A stretch of 64,000 bases of DNA, taken from NCBI RefSeq assembly GCF_011745625.1, contig NW_027191453.1, positions 434,001 to 498,000 of the forward strand. The letters are read 5' to 3'. The DNA is from Cladosporium halotolerans (Eukaryota). The notes under the pieces are model-generated. The model was not told the DNA's origin. It ran no database searches and worked only from the letters and a program-made list of their open reading frames with translations. Positions 1-11,670 of this stretch are shown piece after piece (the first letter of the stretch is position 1; each line of letters opens with the position of its first letter). Both the position numbers and the translations under genes were made by a program.

Positions 1-521
1 AAAGTGATCCTTGGAACGAGGAGGAGACTGATCGCTTCTATGAAGCATTGAAAAACTGGGGTACTGACTTCCAGATCATCAGCCAACTGTTTCCTCCCAA
101 GACTCGGATGCAGATTAAGAAGAAGTTTAACCGAGAGGAGCGTCTTGATCCAGAGCGTGTCAATGCTGCGCTTTTGGGTAAGGATGTTGTCCGCATGGAT
201 CTGAACGCCTATGCCCAAGCGGCCAACCTCGACATTTCCGAGTTCAACAAGTTTGACAGTCTGGAACATGCGCAAACCATCATCAGCGAGAGCATGCGCG
301 ATAAGGAAGAGGCCATGCGGGTTGCCGTCAAGGAAGCGGAGGAGACAGAGAGACAGCGGGCTGTCCAGGAGGCTCAGAAGAAGAAGGGGCGTGAAGCAGC
401 TGAGTCAAGGAAGAAGCTCACCCAAGCTAAGAAGGCCATGCGCGCTAAAGGCCTGGTTTGGGGAGCCGGTACGTTTGGCGGTTTCGGTGGCGGTGACGAC
501 GATACTGGAGGTGAGAGCTGA
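1..521 (+). CDS. BDP1: TFIIIB B'' subunit (Bdp1), 3' part; 5' end lies outside the window
   Basis: Frame open from the window edge: SDPWNEEETDRFYEALKNWGTDFQIISQLFPPKTRMQIKKKFNREE matches the Bdp1 SANT/Myb-like domain; stop at 519-521. Confidence 0.85.
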   Translation, partial: SDPWNEEETDRFYEALKNWGTDFQIISQLFPPKTRMQIKKKFNREERLDPERVNAALLGKDVVRMDLNAYAQAANLDISEFNKFDSLEHAQTIISESMRDKEEAMRVAVKEAEETERQRAVQEAQKKKGREAAESRKKLTQAKKAMRAKGLVWGAGTFGGFGGGDDDTGGES

Positions 522-905
522 GCCCAGAGGCCACCACGTGGAGCCACGATTACAGTAGCGGCTCCTACGCACTGGAACTCCTCTTGCTGGGACCTGCGGG
601 ATTTGCCATGATCATATGACCATCCGTACACAGTAATGAAAATGATCAACATTGAATCTGTTCAAGCCTACTGACGTGACGACCCTTTCCTCAAAATGGT
701 CCGCCGAGAAGTGCATGCAGCGTTGCAGAGAACGTATACTGTACATACAGGGACCGCAAACAAATGCCTTAGCATTAAACGCAGGAAAACGCCGTGTCGA
801 ACGCCCATAGGTATCATTAACTCCAATCCTCCAAGCATCTCCGCAAGTAAATCCCGTCCGCCACACTATCTCCCGGTTTCTGATGCAATGCGCCCGCCAT
901 GTAGT

Positions 906-1291
906 CTACCGCAGCGCAATCTCGCCGCCCGCTCGCTGTCTCTGGTGGAGGAAAGCCTGACTGCCGCAGAAGAGAAGGAAGACCTGATAGTTGTGTCAGC
1001 GCATGTGCTCCGCTCGCCCCAATGTTGTACCAAGGACCCGGAACATACACCGTATACCACGACCGCGCCAAACACTGCAGCCGCTACTCCCTTGCCATCT
1101 TTCGGGTCCTCAGTCGAACCCATCATGGCGTGGTTGCCGCTGGCGAACATGCTGCCAATAACGCTGAGGATGACAATAGCGAAGACAGAAATGACGATGC
1201 TGTTTCCCACCCTGTCAGTATACTTTCTTTCTCCGCCTGTTTCTTGTTCGTACCATGTCCATGCGTTGAAGGCGGATACAACGGGCTTCAT
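906..1291 (-). CDS. V-ATPase V0 subunit f (RNaseK-like; yeast YPR170W-B homolog), 3 exons
   Basis: Splicing introns 1200-1253 and 984-1048 gives MKPVVSAFNAWTCIVISVFAIVILSVIGSMFASGNHAMMGSTEDPKDGKGVAAAVFGAVVVYGVFLLFCGSQAFLHQRQRAGGEIALR; two TM helices and the GSxEDPxDG loop typical of subunit f. Confidence 0.8.
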
Positions 1292-1670
1292 GTTTGCTGG
1301 TTCTGTCGAGGTGTTGCCTTATCGGCGGGTCGAGGAGGTGATGGGTGGGCGGTCAGGCAGTCGACCGGGTTTTGCTTAGTCGCGTGGAGTATATTGATGC
1401 GCCGGTTGTACTGCTGAGGACACAAGAGGTGTAGCGGTGGGTTAGGGTGCCTGTGATGTGAGTGTTCGAAGGATGATGCTCACGCCGTGAGCCTCACCAG
1501 CGGCAGCCGGCAGCTTCCCAGGATCGGCGCTCGGACTTGCTTCGGCAGCTGGCAGCCAGCATCCCCCTCCTAAACACATCGCCAGCATATTGAAAGTACC
1601 TGAAGACTGCAACCAGCCTCTATTCCACTCCAGATCCGCAAAGACACCCCCGGGTGCGCCTACCTTCGCG

Positions 1671-3049
1671 ATGCTTTCTGGCGTGCTGCTCTTCAACCAG
1701 AAGGGCGAGCTCCTCATCATGCGTGCTTTCCGCCAGGACATGCGTCCTCGACTCGCTGATGTCTTTCGGATTCAGGTCATATCGAATGCTCAGATCCGGT
1801 CGCCTATTCTCACACTGGGAAGCACGACGTTCTCTCACATCAAGAGCGAGAACATCTACATCGTCGGTGTTAGCAAGGGAAATGTAAACAGCGCGCTTGT
1901 CTTCGAGTTTCTCTACAAGCTCGTGAATCTGGGCCGGAGTTACTTTGGACGGTTCGATGAGGAGGCTGTAAAGAGCAACTTCGTCATGATTTACGAACTA
2001 CTTGATGAGATCCTGGACTTTGGGTATCCGCAGAATACCGAGACGGAGACCTTGAAGATGTACATCACAACGGAGGGAGTGCAGTCGCAGCGACCTACAA
2101 TCGAGGACAGCAGCAAAATCACCATGCAGGCAACTGGCGCCATGTCATGGAGGAGAGACAACATCAAGTACCGCAAGAACGAGGCCTTCGTCGATGTCAT
2201 TGAGGACGTCAATCTGCTGGTGTCTGCCAATGGAACCGTGCTTCGCGCCGACGTCAATGGTGCCATCGAAATGCGTGCCTACCTCAGCGGTATGCCCGAA
2301 TGCAAGTTCGGGCTGAACGACCGCCTCACACTCGGCGAGAATGGTGCAGACACCTCGCTGGGAGGCCCCACAGGTAACATGGGTGGTAACAAGGCTAGTA
2401 AGGCCGCTGCTGGCTCTGTTACTTTGGAGGACGTGTCTCTACACCAATGCGTTAAGTTGTCTTCTTTCACCAACGACCGCACAATCTCCTTCATTCCGCC
2501 GGATGGATCTTTCCAATTGATGAACTACCGTGCAACGGAGAACGTCAACTTGCCGTTCAAGGTCCAAGCCATCGTCAACGAAGTCGGCAAGACCAAGGTC
2601 GAATATTCCATCGCCATCAAAGCGAACTATGGCAGCAAACTGTTTGCCACAAATGTTGTCGTCAAGATTCCGACGCCTCTCAACACCGCCGACATCTCTT
2701 CCCGGACATCACAAGGAAAGGCGAAATACGAACCCAGCGAGAATGCTATCGTCTGGAAGATCGCACGCTTCACTGGTCAGTCAGAATTCGTGCTGTCGGC
2801 TGAGGCAAGCCTGACCACAATGACGAACGCAAAGGCTTGGAGTAGGCCACCGCTCAGCATGCAATTCTCGTTACTCATGTTCACGAGCAGTGGCCTCTTG
2901 GTCAGATATCTAAAGGTATTTGAGAAGAGCAATTACAGCTCAGTGAAATGGGTGAGATACATGACTAGGGCCGGATCGTATGAAGTCAGGTATGTTTCGC
3001 AACACCACAGTATTAGATCTTCCACTGCTAACCTCCTCCTAGATTTTAA
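1671..3049 (+). CDS. APM4: AP-2 adaptor complex mu subunit
   Basis: MLSGVLLFNQKGELLIMRAFRQD..., ELLDEILDFGYPQ, SWRRDNIKYRKNEAFVDVIE, YLSGMPECKFGLND, SFIPPDG, KWVRYMTRAGSYE; terminal intron 2990-3042 gives a ...EVRF* end. Confidence 0.93.
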
Positions 3050-3279
3050 TCATGCTGGGCAATTTGAGATCGAATGCCTGCCATCCTTCACTTAGCGTGA
3101 GATTTGCTAGTGTTTCTAGCACGTGTCAGCACATGTGATGTCAAATGCTCTACGTTGTACCCCCTGCTGCCTGATACTCGGCCAACCTTTGAAAGCCGCA
3201 CCTGTCGCATATGCCTACATTTTCTACTCGGATACTTTGACGCACACCCACTTCCCTTCTGTCAACGAAAAAGGCAAAA

Positions 3280-5182
3280 ATGGCGAGGGCAAGAAAACGA
3301 ATTCTAAGCACCAGCAGCTCCGACAACGTGAGCATGGGCTCTGCAAGCTCCGAAAACTCATCTCCTCAAAGCTCCTTTGTGTCTCAACCGGCGACGAGTT
3401 CTTCAAATGCCATCAATATGGATGCCGCGCAGCAACCGAAGGATTCAAGACCGTTGGAGTCTCGTTCTGAGGCAGATGGTGGCATAGAAGCAATTACGCA
3501 AGAACTCAGATCAGAGCCATACGTCACAAACGACGAAAGCGATCGCAGGCACGAACTTGCGCAGGCAACATCTTCTTCGAGAAACGCGACCGGGCACGCA
3601 GCGGAAAACACAATTGTGCACGAGGATCACGAGCATGATTCGGAGCAGCCTCCTGGGCCATCACACAATGATCGATTTTTGAAGAAAGGAGCGGTAACGC
3701 TGAATGACACGCAAAGCAATCGACAGTGGAGTAGTGACATTGGCAAAGATGGTGTTTCCCTGGATCCCGAAGAGCTGAAGCCGGAACCTCGATCTCGAAT
3801 TGCAGCGTCGTGGGTCAAAGATGCTGTACTTGCCTGCAAGAAAACCAGTAGCAAGGTATTGATCACCAAAGCGATGACCACAGAAATCAGACTAACATGC
3901 ATCCTAGCAGAGTCCATCGAGACGAAGCGATCTGATCATTGTTCTTGACACTGATGACCTTTCCAAAAGCTGCCTTCTCGACGTCAAAGATCTCTCAAGG
4001 ATTTCAGCACCATTGGAGCGTCTTTGCTCGGATGCTACATCTGCCTCACAAGGATGCGTGTGCGATGTCGGTCTGCAGTGTTGTCTCCTCTTCCGATCTG
4101 ATCCAAGCCCTGAGTTCGTGCCACAACCGCTCGACGGCACCTTGAAGCCGAGATGCCAGCCTAAATCAGAAGAGGGCTCAAGTGAGCATGCCGTGCAAGT
4201 GAAAGATGGACACAAACCGGCCGCTGTCGCTTCGCTGTGTGGGCCTGGTAAGAATGAGTCGCGCGTAGATTGGATTAAGGCCATGCACAGCTTTCTCCAG
4301 ATCATTGCAAACAATGGCGCTCCTGGTTTGCTAAGAATGGGCCCTGAAGCAGCGATGCCACAAATCGAGGGCATTATTACGATTGCCGAGAAATACGAGG
4401 CCATCGACGCGGTTCTTATCGACTTCGAACGCCTCTTCTTCAAATACGTGGGTCACCGCAAGTTCTGGGAGGCTATTGCGAATGATCCCATACGCTACAT
4501 TAAGGTCGGAATTGCCTTGAAAATATCTATAGTCTACGAAGAGGCTTTCGAACACCTTGTCGGCAGCGCTGCGAACTTCAGATACGGACAGCCGTACGAT
4601 GACTTGCCCGATGTTGTCCAAGCCGCAATCGAGCGCCGGTCTCGAGAGCTGTATCACCTGAGGACAAACGTCAACGAAGAATTACTTCTGATCACCGTGA
4701 CCGTGGAACCGAAGGAATCCTGTGCAAAGCCGTATATCGCAAGCCAGAATAGAAGCCCGGTCTCTTGGGTTGTCGTCAATATCTTCAGGGACTGGATCGG
4801 CGAGCACCTCGGTCATCTACGCGAGGAGACCTGCGACAAGCCATCCCTGTCTGAATTGTGCAAGCACGAACACGACTGTCATACCGTCGCAGGCTTTTAC
4901 CGTACCGTTGCAGCTGGTGGAGATGCATATCTGCGGCTTGACGACGTCAACAACGACTGGAACCACAACTTCTTCGCGCTGGAAGACGGCGACGAAGAGG
5001 TCGTCAAGGATTCATTGGCGCGGTTGAAGCAGAGGGCTCAGGAATTGGTCGCGCCTCTCATCGATTCTTCTCTGCAATTGCGTGCGGAAGATGTTCGTGT
5101 TCTCAACTACCTGACCTGTGTCAAGGTCCAGCCGGAGGACATCCCGTGGAGCACAGAAGACGTGGACATGGACTTGTATTAG
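3280..5182 (+). CDS. Uncharacterised fungal protein with degenerate BTB/POZ-like region
   Basis: ORFs 3280-3948 and 4013-5182 join via an intron at ~3856-3911 (GTATTG...ACTAAC...CAG); DLIIVLD... and IAEKYEAIDAV...WEAIANDPIRYIKVGIALKISIVYEEAFEHLVG resemble fungal BTB-like proteins. Confidence 0.6.
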
Positions 5183-5986
5183 GCGCGCGCCGCTCATCAT
5201 TCAGGATTGAATCTAAGCAATCGAAAGCTACAACAATGGCTGGTAACTCGGACATTACTGCAGCTAGGCAAGCATTTTGAACGTGGCCATCCTGCCCGGA
5301 TGCAGTCACACTGCCTGTGGTAGTAGCGCAAATATAAAACGTTGCCGGTGAACAGTTCTCAATCAAGCATTAGCAGACCGCATATTGTAAATATAAATGG
5401 CGTCCACTAATATTGCTGTGCCGACAAATTTTATTAGCATCACTAGGTGTGCCAGTTATGCGCCGGCAATGGCGAGCCGATCACTTGATATACGCTACTG
5501 CACCGCTGTAATAATTATGAGGACCCAGCACGCGGGGCTTCGGGGAGTAAGTGAGTGGATCACTCTGCGGAGGGCCGAACCGTTGTGCGATGCTCATGAT
5601 GATGATTGGAGTAATCGGCAGCAGAGACCGCAGTATGCTGTGCAACGGCAGATTGTGAGTTGTGGGCAATATCGCAGTGGGATCGATAAAGTAGCGATGT
5701 ACCCAGCACCAGCATGCCGCTAAGTGATCTGCTGTGCTTGTGCGTGGGATGTCTCACGCGTGCCCGTGTGCGTCGCGTCTGCAGTGCCTCTTTGCGGCAA
5801 CGCCAACGTCAACGGCGGGTAGGCACCACCACCAACATGGCGCCGTTCGCAAGTCGCCAGCCATAGTTGTCCCCACGTAGGACCCATCCGAGCCATCGCC
5901 CGCAGGCCGCCAACAACTCCATCTCTCTTGTTCTCCCGGCTGTTGCGCACTCCTCTTTGCACCCATGCGTCTCCCGCGCCAGCATC

Positions 5987-7390
5987 ATGGCCGAGGCTAA
6001 ATCCGATATCCCTGCCCGTCCACCGCCTGCGAGCACTGGGACCTCATACAGCATACCATCGACCAACCCAGTAAGGCAACGGTTACCTCATCGCCAGTCG
6101 AGCAATGGTAGTCTCCGAAGCCCGCCGCCAGAACTGCCGCGCCGCCGTTCTTCCATCCTCTCCTACTCGAGCCTCGAAGATGCGACCAACTCCTTCACCG
6201 ACGACCTATTGAATCCGTCCTCTACGCGGAAACTGAAGAGCCAAAAGCGGGAAGAGGACAGTAACTGGCACTCCACACCTCTGGTCTTTGCGATCCTCCC
6301 TGCGATCGCAGGATTGCTGTTCAATAATGGCTCCGCCTTCGTTACGGACGTGTTGCTGCTTGGATTCGCCGCCATGTTCATGAACTGGTCCATTCGCATA
6401 CCAAGAGACTGGTACTATGCTGCACAATCAACCTTGCGAGACGTGGAGCCTGAGATGCCTTTTGGCGAGGATCTGGATGCAGAAGATTCTTTGAACGGGT
6501 CACTTGACGAGTTGGCTAAAGATGAGAAAAGCGAGGATGTGTCGCCCGAGACAGTCCGGAACAACGCGGTTCGCGAGCATGCATCCGTTGAGTTGCGCAA
6601 GCAAGAGCTCTTTGCTTTGTTCGCAACGTTCACATTCCCAGCAGTCGCGGCGTACCTGCTTCACATCATTCGTGCACAGCTGTCTCGCCCATCCACTGGG
6701 CTCGTCTCAGACTACAACTTGTGCGTATTCCTACTTGCGGCTGAGTTCTGGCCCTGCCGACAGGTCGCGCGATTGATCTCTGCGCGTACACTGCATTTGC
6801 AGCGCAAAGTTGCAGACCTGGGCGACATCAACGAGCCGTCACCGGATAAGGACTCACTTTCTTCCTTAACTGTACGCATTGCGGAGCTGGAGGCTAGAGT
6901 CGCAGACCAGAGTCTGCCCGCAATGAATGTATCGATGGCGCAAAAAGCCGACGTCTCCGATCTGGCCACTGAAATCCGTAAGCGCTATGAGCCGCGACTC
7001 GAAGGCCTTGAGCGGGCAGTCCGCAGATACGAAAAACGCTCGACGACGCTGGCAATGGTGACGGAGCAGCGGCTGCATAATTTGGAGCTCCGTATGCAAG
7101 ATGCATTGAGCTTGGCTGCTGCGGCTGCATCTCGATCTCAGGATCGTAACGGTTCTTCGAAGACGTTCAGCTTCCTGGCCAGCCTAGTTACCGTGCCATT
7201 CAAACTTTTCGTCTCCATCTGCCTTTGGCCTATCCATGTGTTGGAAGACCTGTACAGCAGGCTCATGGTCTTACTATTTGGTTCAAAGCCTCGACGTGTT
7301 GAAAAGCGCAGCACTTCACGACACGCATCAAGAAGCGGCACAGATGACCGCGCCAAGGACAGACATTCTCAGAGAAAAATTGTCAGATAG
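5987..7390 (+). CDS. Uncharacterised membrane protein with C-terminal coiled coil
   Basis: Long single-exon ORF with ATG in CATCATGG context; hydrophobic segments (PLVFAILPAIAGLLF, VLLLGFAAMFMNW, LFALFATFTFPAVAAYLL) followed by heptad-like EGLERAVRRYEKR. Confidence 0.7.
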   Translation: MAEAKSDIPARPPPASTGTSYSIPSTNPVRQRLPHRQSSNGSLRSPPPELPRRRSSILSYSSLEDATNSFTDDLLNPSSTRKLKSQKREEDSNWHSTPLVFAILPAIAGLLFNNGSAFVTDVLLLGFAAMFMNWSIRIPRDWYYAAQSTLRDVEPEMPFGEDLDAEDSLNGSLDELAKDEKSEDVSPETVRNNAVREHASVELRKQELFALFATFTFPAVAAYLLHIIRAQLSRPSTGLVSDYNLCVFLLAAEFWPCRQVARLISARTLHLQRKVADLGDINEPSPDKDSLSSLTVRIAELEARVADQSLPAMNVSMAQKADVSDLATEIRKRYEPRLEGLERAVRRYEKRSTTLAMVTEQRLHNLELRMQDALSLAAAAASRSQDRNGSSKTFSFLASLVTVPFKLFVSICLWPIHVLEDLYSRLMVLLFGSKPRRVEKRSTSRHASRSGTDDRAKDRHSQRKIVR

Positions 7391-7554
7391 TATCATATCA
7401 TATCATACTTAATGGGCAGGCTGGGCGTTGTTGACATTGTGATGTTTGCAGAGATACCCCCAGACTGCAGGTCATGGTAAAGAGAAATTGGAGGGCATCA
7501 AGGTTCGAGTACGTTCATTGGACGCAATTACAAGACATCAACGGTACAAATCTA

Positions 7555-8410
7555 TTAATCACTGCCATCTCGCTCTTGCGCAATTGTCGCGCGACCTTTG
7601 TGCTCGTCACTCTCCCCACTCATTTCCTTGGCCTTCTTCGCATTGCCCTCCAAGCCAATCAAAAGCTTCGGATCGCCTGGAATCACCATCTCAAAAACTG
7701 CATCTTTTCTAATGACCGCATACTCAAAGTAACCACACCTCGCGATCGGCATTACCTTCCCCAAGTCTATCTTGCCCTCGGTCAGGACAGCCTCGTCGAT
7801 GTGGATTCCCACTACTTTCCCGATTACAACATCAACGGTCCCCATAGGAGGATTTCCTGGTAGACGAAGAGTGGAATAGTACTCGCACTCGAACCGAACC
7901 GGGCTACGCTTCACCATCGGCGCATTGACGAGCGAGCCCATCACTTTCTCCAGGCCTGCTCTGTCGAACTCGTCGACCTCGTCAGTGAACCACTCGGCAG
8001 TCGCGTTGACCGCTTCGCGCAGTTCCCAAGTGGCGATGTTCCAACAGAAGACGCCGCTGGCTTCGGCGTTGGTGACGGTATTTTTGCGGTTGTTGTGCAT
8101 GTCTTGGTTGGCGGAGAACATCACGTAGGGTGGATCGAAGGTAAGGTTGTTGAATTGTGAGTAGCTATGTTATTGCCGTCAGCGCTGATGGTATAGTCAT
8201 CCTATTTGTAACTCATACGGGGCTTACGGTGCTAAGTTATCGACGCCGGTTTGGTTGTTGCGTGTGCTGATCCAGCCGATCGGTCGAGGAACGACGCACG
8301 CCTTCGACAGGTCAGATACACGCGAGAGCTCGACATGGGATGCTGAAACGCACCTTGAAAGGGTCACGGGGCAGGCCATGCTCGGTCTTCCCTGGCTCAT
8401 AGAACACCAT
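7555..8410 (-). CDS. Flavin reductase-like FMN-binding split-barrel protein
   Basis: Introns 8302-8353 and 8165-8227 give MVFYEPGKTEHGLPRDPFKACVVPRPIGWIST...NLAPYSQFNNLTFDPPYVMFSANQ...SPVRFECE...IARCGYFEY, the signature of this family. Confidence 0.85.
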
Positions 8411-8954
8411 GTCTGGGACGGTAACCTGTCAAGGACTCTGGTACTGACGATGCAATACGAAGCTGGAAATACCACCAGTTCAACAAGAAATGAACCGATG
8501 TAGAACAAAACTGCAATGGGGGATTCTTGCTAACACATTCGTTTCGTATAAAGAATTCTGTCGTTGTGCTTTACCCGCCCGAGAGACTCAATAACACCCT
8601 CGGTGAATGTTGGCCCAAGGTCTCCGCTTTCGGCACTCCATCTCGGCACGGCTGGGGCTCGATCTCAAAGCTTCCAGACTCCCTTCCTTGTTCATATTCC
8701 TGTTTTCAACTCGAGAAGCACTTCATTGTCGTATCGTCCTAAAAGACAAGCGCTCACGAGCAATTTCTCCGATGCTCAGACCAGAGCACAGCTTCGCCAA
8801 ATAACAGTTGCTGAACGCAAACTCCCCAGGCAGTGTTCTTCACCGACTTTCAGTCAAGGTGAATTAGGTCGTGCTGCTCGTAGCATATCAGGTATAGCAA
8901 CGTCTCGTATTCAAGAGATAATCAAGCGCATTTATCAGCTTCGTAGCTGACAGC

Positions 8955-10571
8955 CTAGGTCGCTTCGACGGCAACAGTCTCTGGTTTATGGACGCGCTCC
9001 ATTCCCTTGCTCAGTACGCCACCATTCTTCGTGTTGTCCTGCTTGCTTCTCGCGCCCTTCTTGAGCGTTAAGCCTTCGTTCATGTCTCGCAACCAGGTCG
9101 TGAGGCTGTAGTCGGCTTCTTTGATGGCGTTGTACTCTTCGACGGAGCTTGCACTCTCTAGGGCAGTGCGAAATGCGTCCACAGGGGGTGTGTTTCTGCA
9201 ACCATCACGCCAGCGATGAAATTCACCAATGAGCTCGAGCGCCAGGTCGTCGGTCCGGTTTGGGAAAGCTTTTAGAGAAAACCAGTCCAAGATGCCATCA
9301 AGGCCACCTGTGATGCCGCATTCCGCCGCCTTGATATCGAGGAACAGCAGCGCGTCGTCGATCAATTTGACATTCGCACTGATCTTGCGCTCCTCAGGCT
9401 TGAGAACGAAGTACCACGGTGATTTTACTTCTGCGGGTCGGGATCTTTGATCAAGATAGCCGTAATGCTGCCTCGGCTGTCGGACAACGTAGACGTTCCC
9501 GGGAAAGCACTCAACCTCCCACCAAGTGTTGAACTTGAGCTGCAAATAGCTCAGCTCCCTGATGGTGTTCATTGCGTCGCTCGAAGGCCAACTGCTATCG
9601 CCGCTGTTCGTTTGCGATAAGAGGCCCATGCCGAGCCGCCACTTCTGCATTCGCCTCTTGATGCTGGCGCGGCTCAATTTGTACCGCATTCGATCGAACA
9701 AGTCCTGGTATTCCAGCTTCAACCCTTGCTTTGCTGCTTGCCTGTACCAGAGCAAAAGCATCCAGCCCGGCACTTTCCATTCAATTTCGTCGGGTAAGAA
9801 GGGTAGCTTCTTCATCTTTCTGTGAGTGAAGGGGCTCATAACCGGATGGCCGTTGGCATCAAGCCATTCTGGCGGCGCTTCCAGTTTGCAAAGCCAAGAA
9901 GTCTGCCCCTGGCCATCTCTGCACACATTGCCGTGCTCGATGAGGCTCATCTCATACGGCAAGTTTTTCTCGCAGATCTCGCCATCTCCGCGGAAGAAGA
10001 GAACGTTCTCCGGGTCAGGCTCGTTTTGTGACGGTTCGGATGGTGTCGTGTTTTGAGCTCGCTCATCTTTCGATGATCGCGACTTCGTAGGACCGTGGCT
10101 CGATTCATCTTGTTGTTCGTGCTTCCTCAGTGACTGTGATGCTGGCCATGACCCGTGAAAGCCGAGAGGTCCAGCTACATCTCGGTCTTGTTCGATATTC
10201 TCCTTTTCGCGTTGTAAGCCATCTGAAAAGTCATGCCAGACTGGGAAATGCTCTGCTTCGAGATCAAGAGCGAGAGACGAAAGACCGTTGATGGTATTCG
10301 TCCAGTCGATGTCTGCTGACACCCTTTTGATCTTGCTAATGTTGCAGTCTGCACAAGGACAGACATCGGATTGTTCCAGCTTGTGGTCAATATGAATGTG
10401 TATCAAAAGGTCGAGGCCGCCAAATCGCGATCCGCAGAGTTTGCAGGTGTATTCTTTGTCATCGAGGTGCTGTGATATTTGAACGAACAATTGTTTGACC
10501 TTCTCCACGTTCTGGGAGCTGCTTGGGGTCGTGTCGGGATGGGAAACTCGGGTATCGGTGTTTTTATCCAT
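8955..10571 (-). CDS. Uncharacterised protein with N-terminal C2H2-type zinc finger
   Basis: 538-aa intronless ORF; YTCKLCGSRFGGLDLLIHIHIDH motif plus CPCADC; no other family recognised. Confidence 0.6.
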   Translation of the reverse strand: MDKNTDTRVSHPDTTPSSSQNVEKVKQLFVQISQHLDDKEYTCKLCGSRFGGLDLLIHIHIDHKLEQSDVCPCADCNISKIKRVSADIDWTNTINGLSSLALDLEAEHFPVWHDFSDGLQREKENIEQDRDVAGPLGFHGSWPASQSLRKHEQQDESSHGPTKSRSSKDERAQNTTPSEPSQNEPDPENVLFFRGDGEICEKNLPYEMSLIEHGNVCRDGQGQTSWLCKLEAPPEWLDANGHPVMSPFTHRKMKKLPFLPDEIEWKVPGWMLLLWYRQAAKQGLKLEYQDLFDRMRYKLSRASIKRRMQKWRLGMGLLSQTNSGDSSWPSSDAMNTIRELSYLQLKFNTWWEVECFPGNVYVVRQPRQHYGYLDQRSRPAEVKSPWYFVLKPEERKISANVKLIDDALLFLDIKAAECGITGGLDGILDWFSLKAFPNRTDDLALELIGEFHRWRDGCRNTPPVDAFRTALESASSVEEYNAIKEADYSLTTWLRDMNEGLTLKKGARSKQDNTKNGGVLSKGMERVHKPETVAVEAT

Positions 10572-11670
10572 TGCCTACGATAGCGATGTTCGCGATGAAA
10601 TGCCGGTCACACGAAACGAGGAGCTTTGAAGTTGTCTGCTATTTCTTGTTCGTTGTCCAAATTTACTGTTGTAGCAATCGAGCGATGCTCAGTATTTTCA
10701 CAGAAAGATTGAGGAAGAACAAGCGGTGCTTTGGGAAAAAGTTTTGGGTTCCTTGCATGGGTCGTTGTTGTGTTGTGGTTTGCGCGTGAAAGTCGGGCAG
10801 TCACAGATACGAGGCAGGCGCGCCTGCCGACCACTTCACCATTCATCATCAGTGAAGTTCCCATTTTATAAAAGAGAAGACATAAGAAGATTGACAGTGA
10901 AGGAGTATGGGTAACATCTATTGAGCATGCAACTGCAGCTATAGTCTTGTCAACAAACGTACTCTGGCGACAACATGTGCAGTCGGCTGCAACGGAGGAT
11001 ACACTCGCTTCATCCCAATCATCCGCGCTTTTTACCACGCATATGGCATGAGATAGGTCTTAACTATCGTCATTAAGAGCAGCAACTTTCACGTAGCAAT
11101 GTAATTTAGCACTTATACCGATTAAAGACTGTGCATTTGCTGACATTCCAACATTCCCCGTGAATGCGATACATTGCGTTTTCCGTCATCGATGAGTAGC
11201 AATATGAGAACGTTCAAAGCAAAGATATTGATGTGAGAACAAGTGTGAGGCATTGGGGTCAATTTCGTTCGATGGACGCGGAGAAGGGATTGGACGTCTT
11301 CAATTTCTCCTCAAGGACCGAACTCCTTGACAAAAGAAGAATCCTTTCGCGCGGAGCAAGCTGCTTCTTTCGGAAACAGCAGCAACAAGCGCCAGTGACG
11401 GGCCCACTCTATGCGAAATGATCCTGTTTGCGGGGCTGTGGGGAACACTTTCATGGAGTCGAACGGACAGTCTTGCCCCCTTGCTGGTTTGCACGCTCTC
11501 CCGATCAGGCAAGATACCCTTCATCTCGATTATGGAGAAGTACACGACCTGTGACCGGATATCAGAAAGCCCGATGGCACTGGCGAATGGTTTAAATAAT
11601 GGTGGTTTCTCCCAACATCATACGCCAGGGCCGGGCTTGAACAACCGTTATTCATCTTTCGATCTCGATC

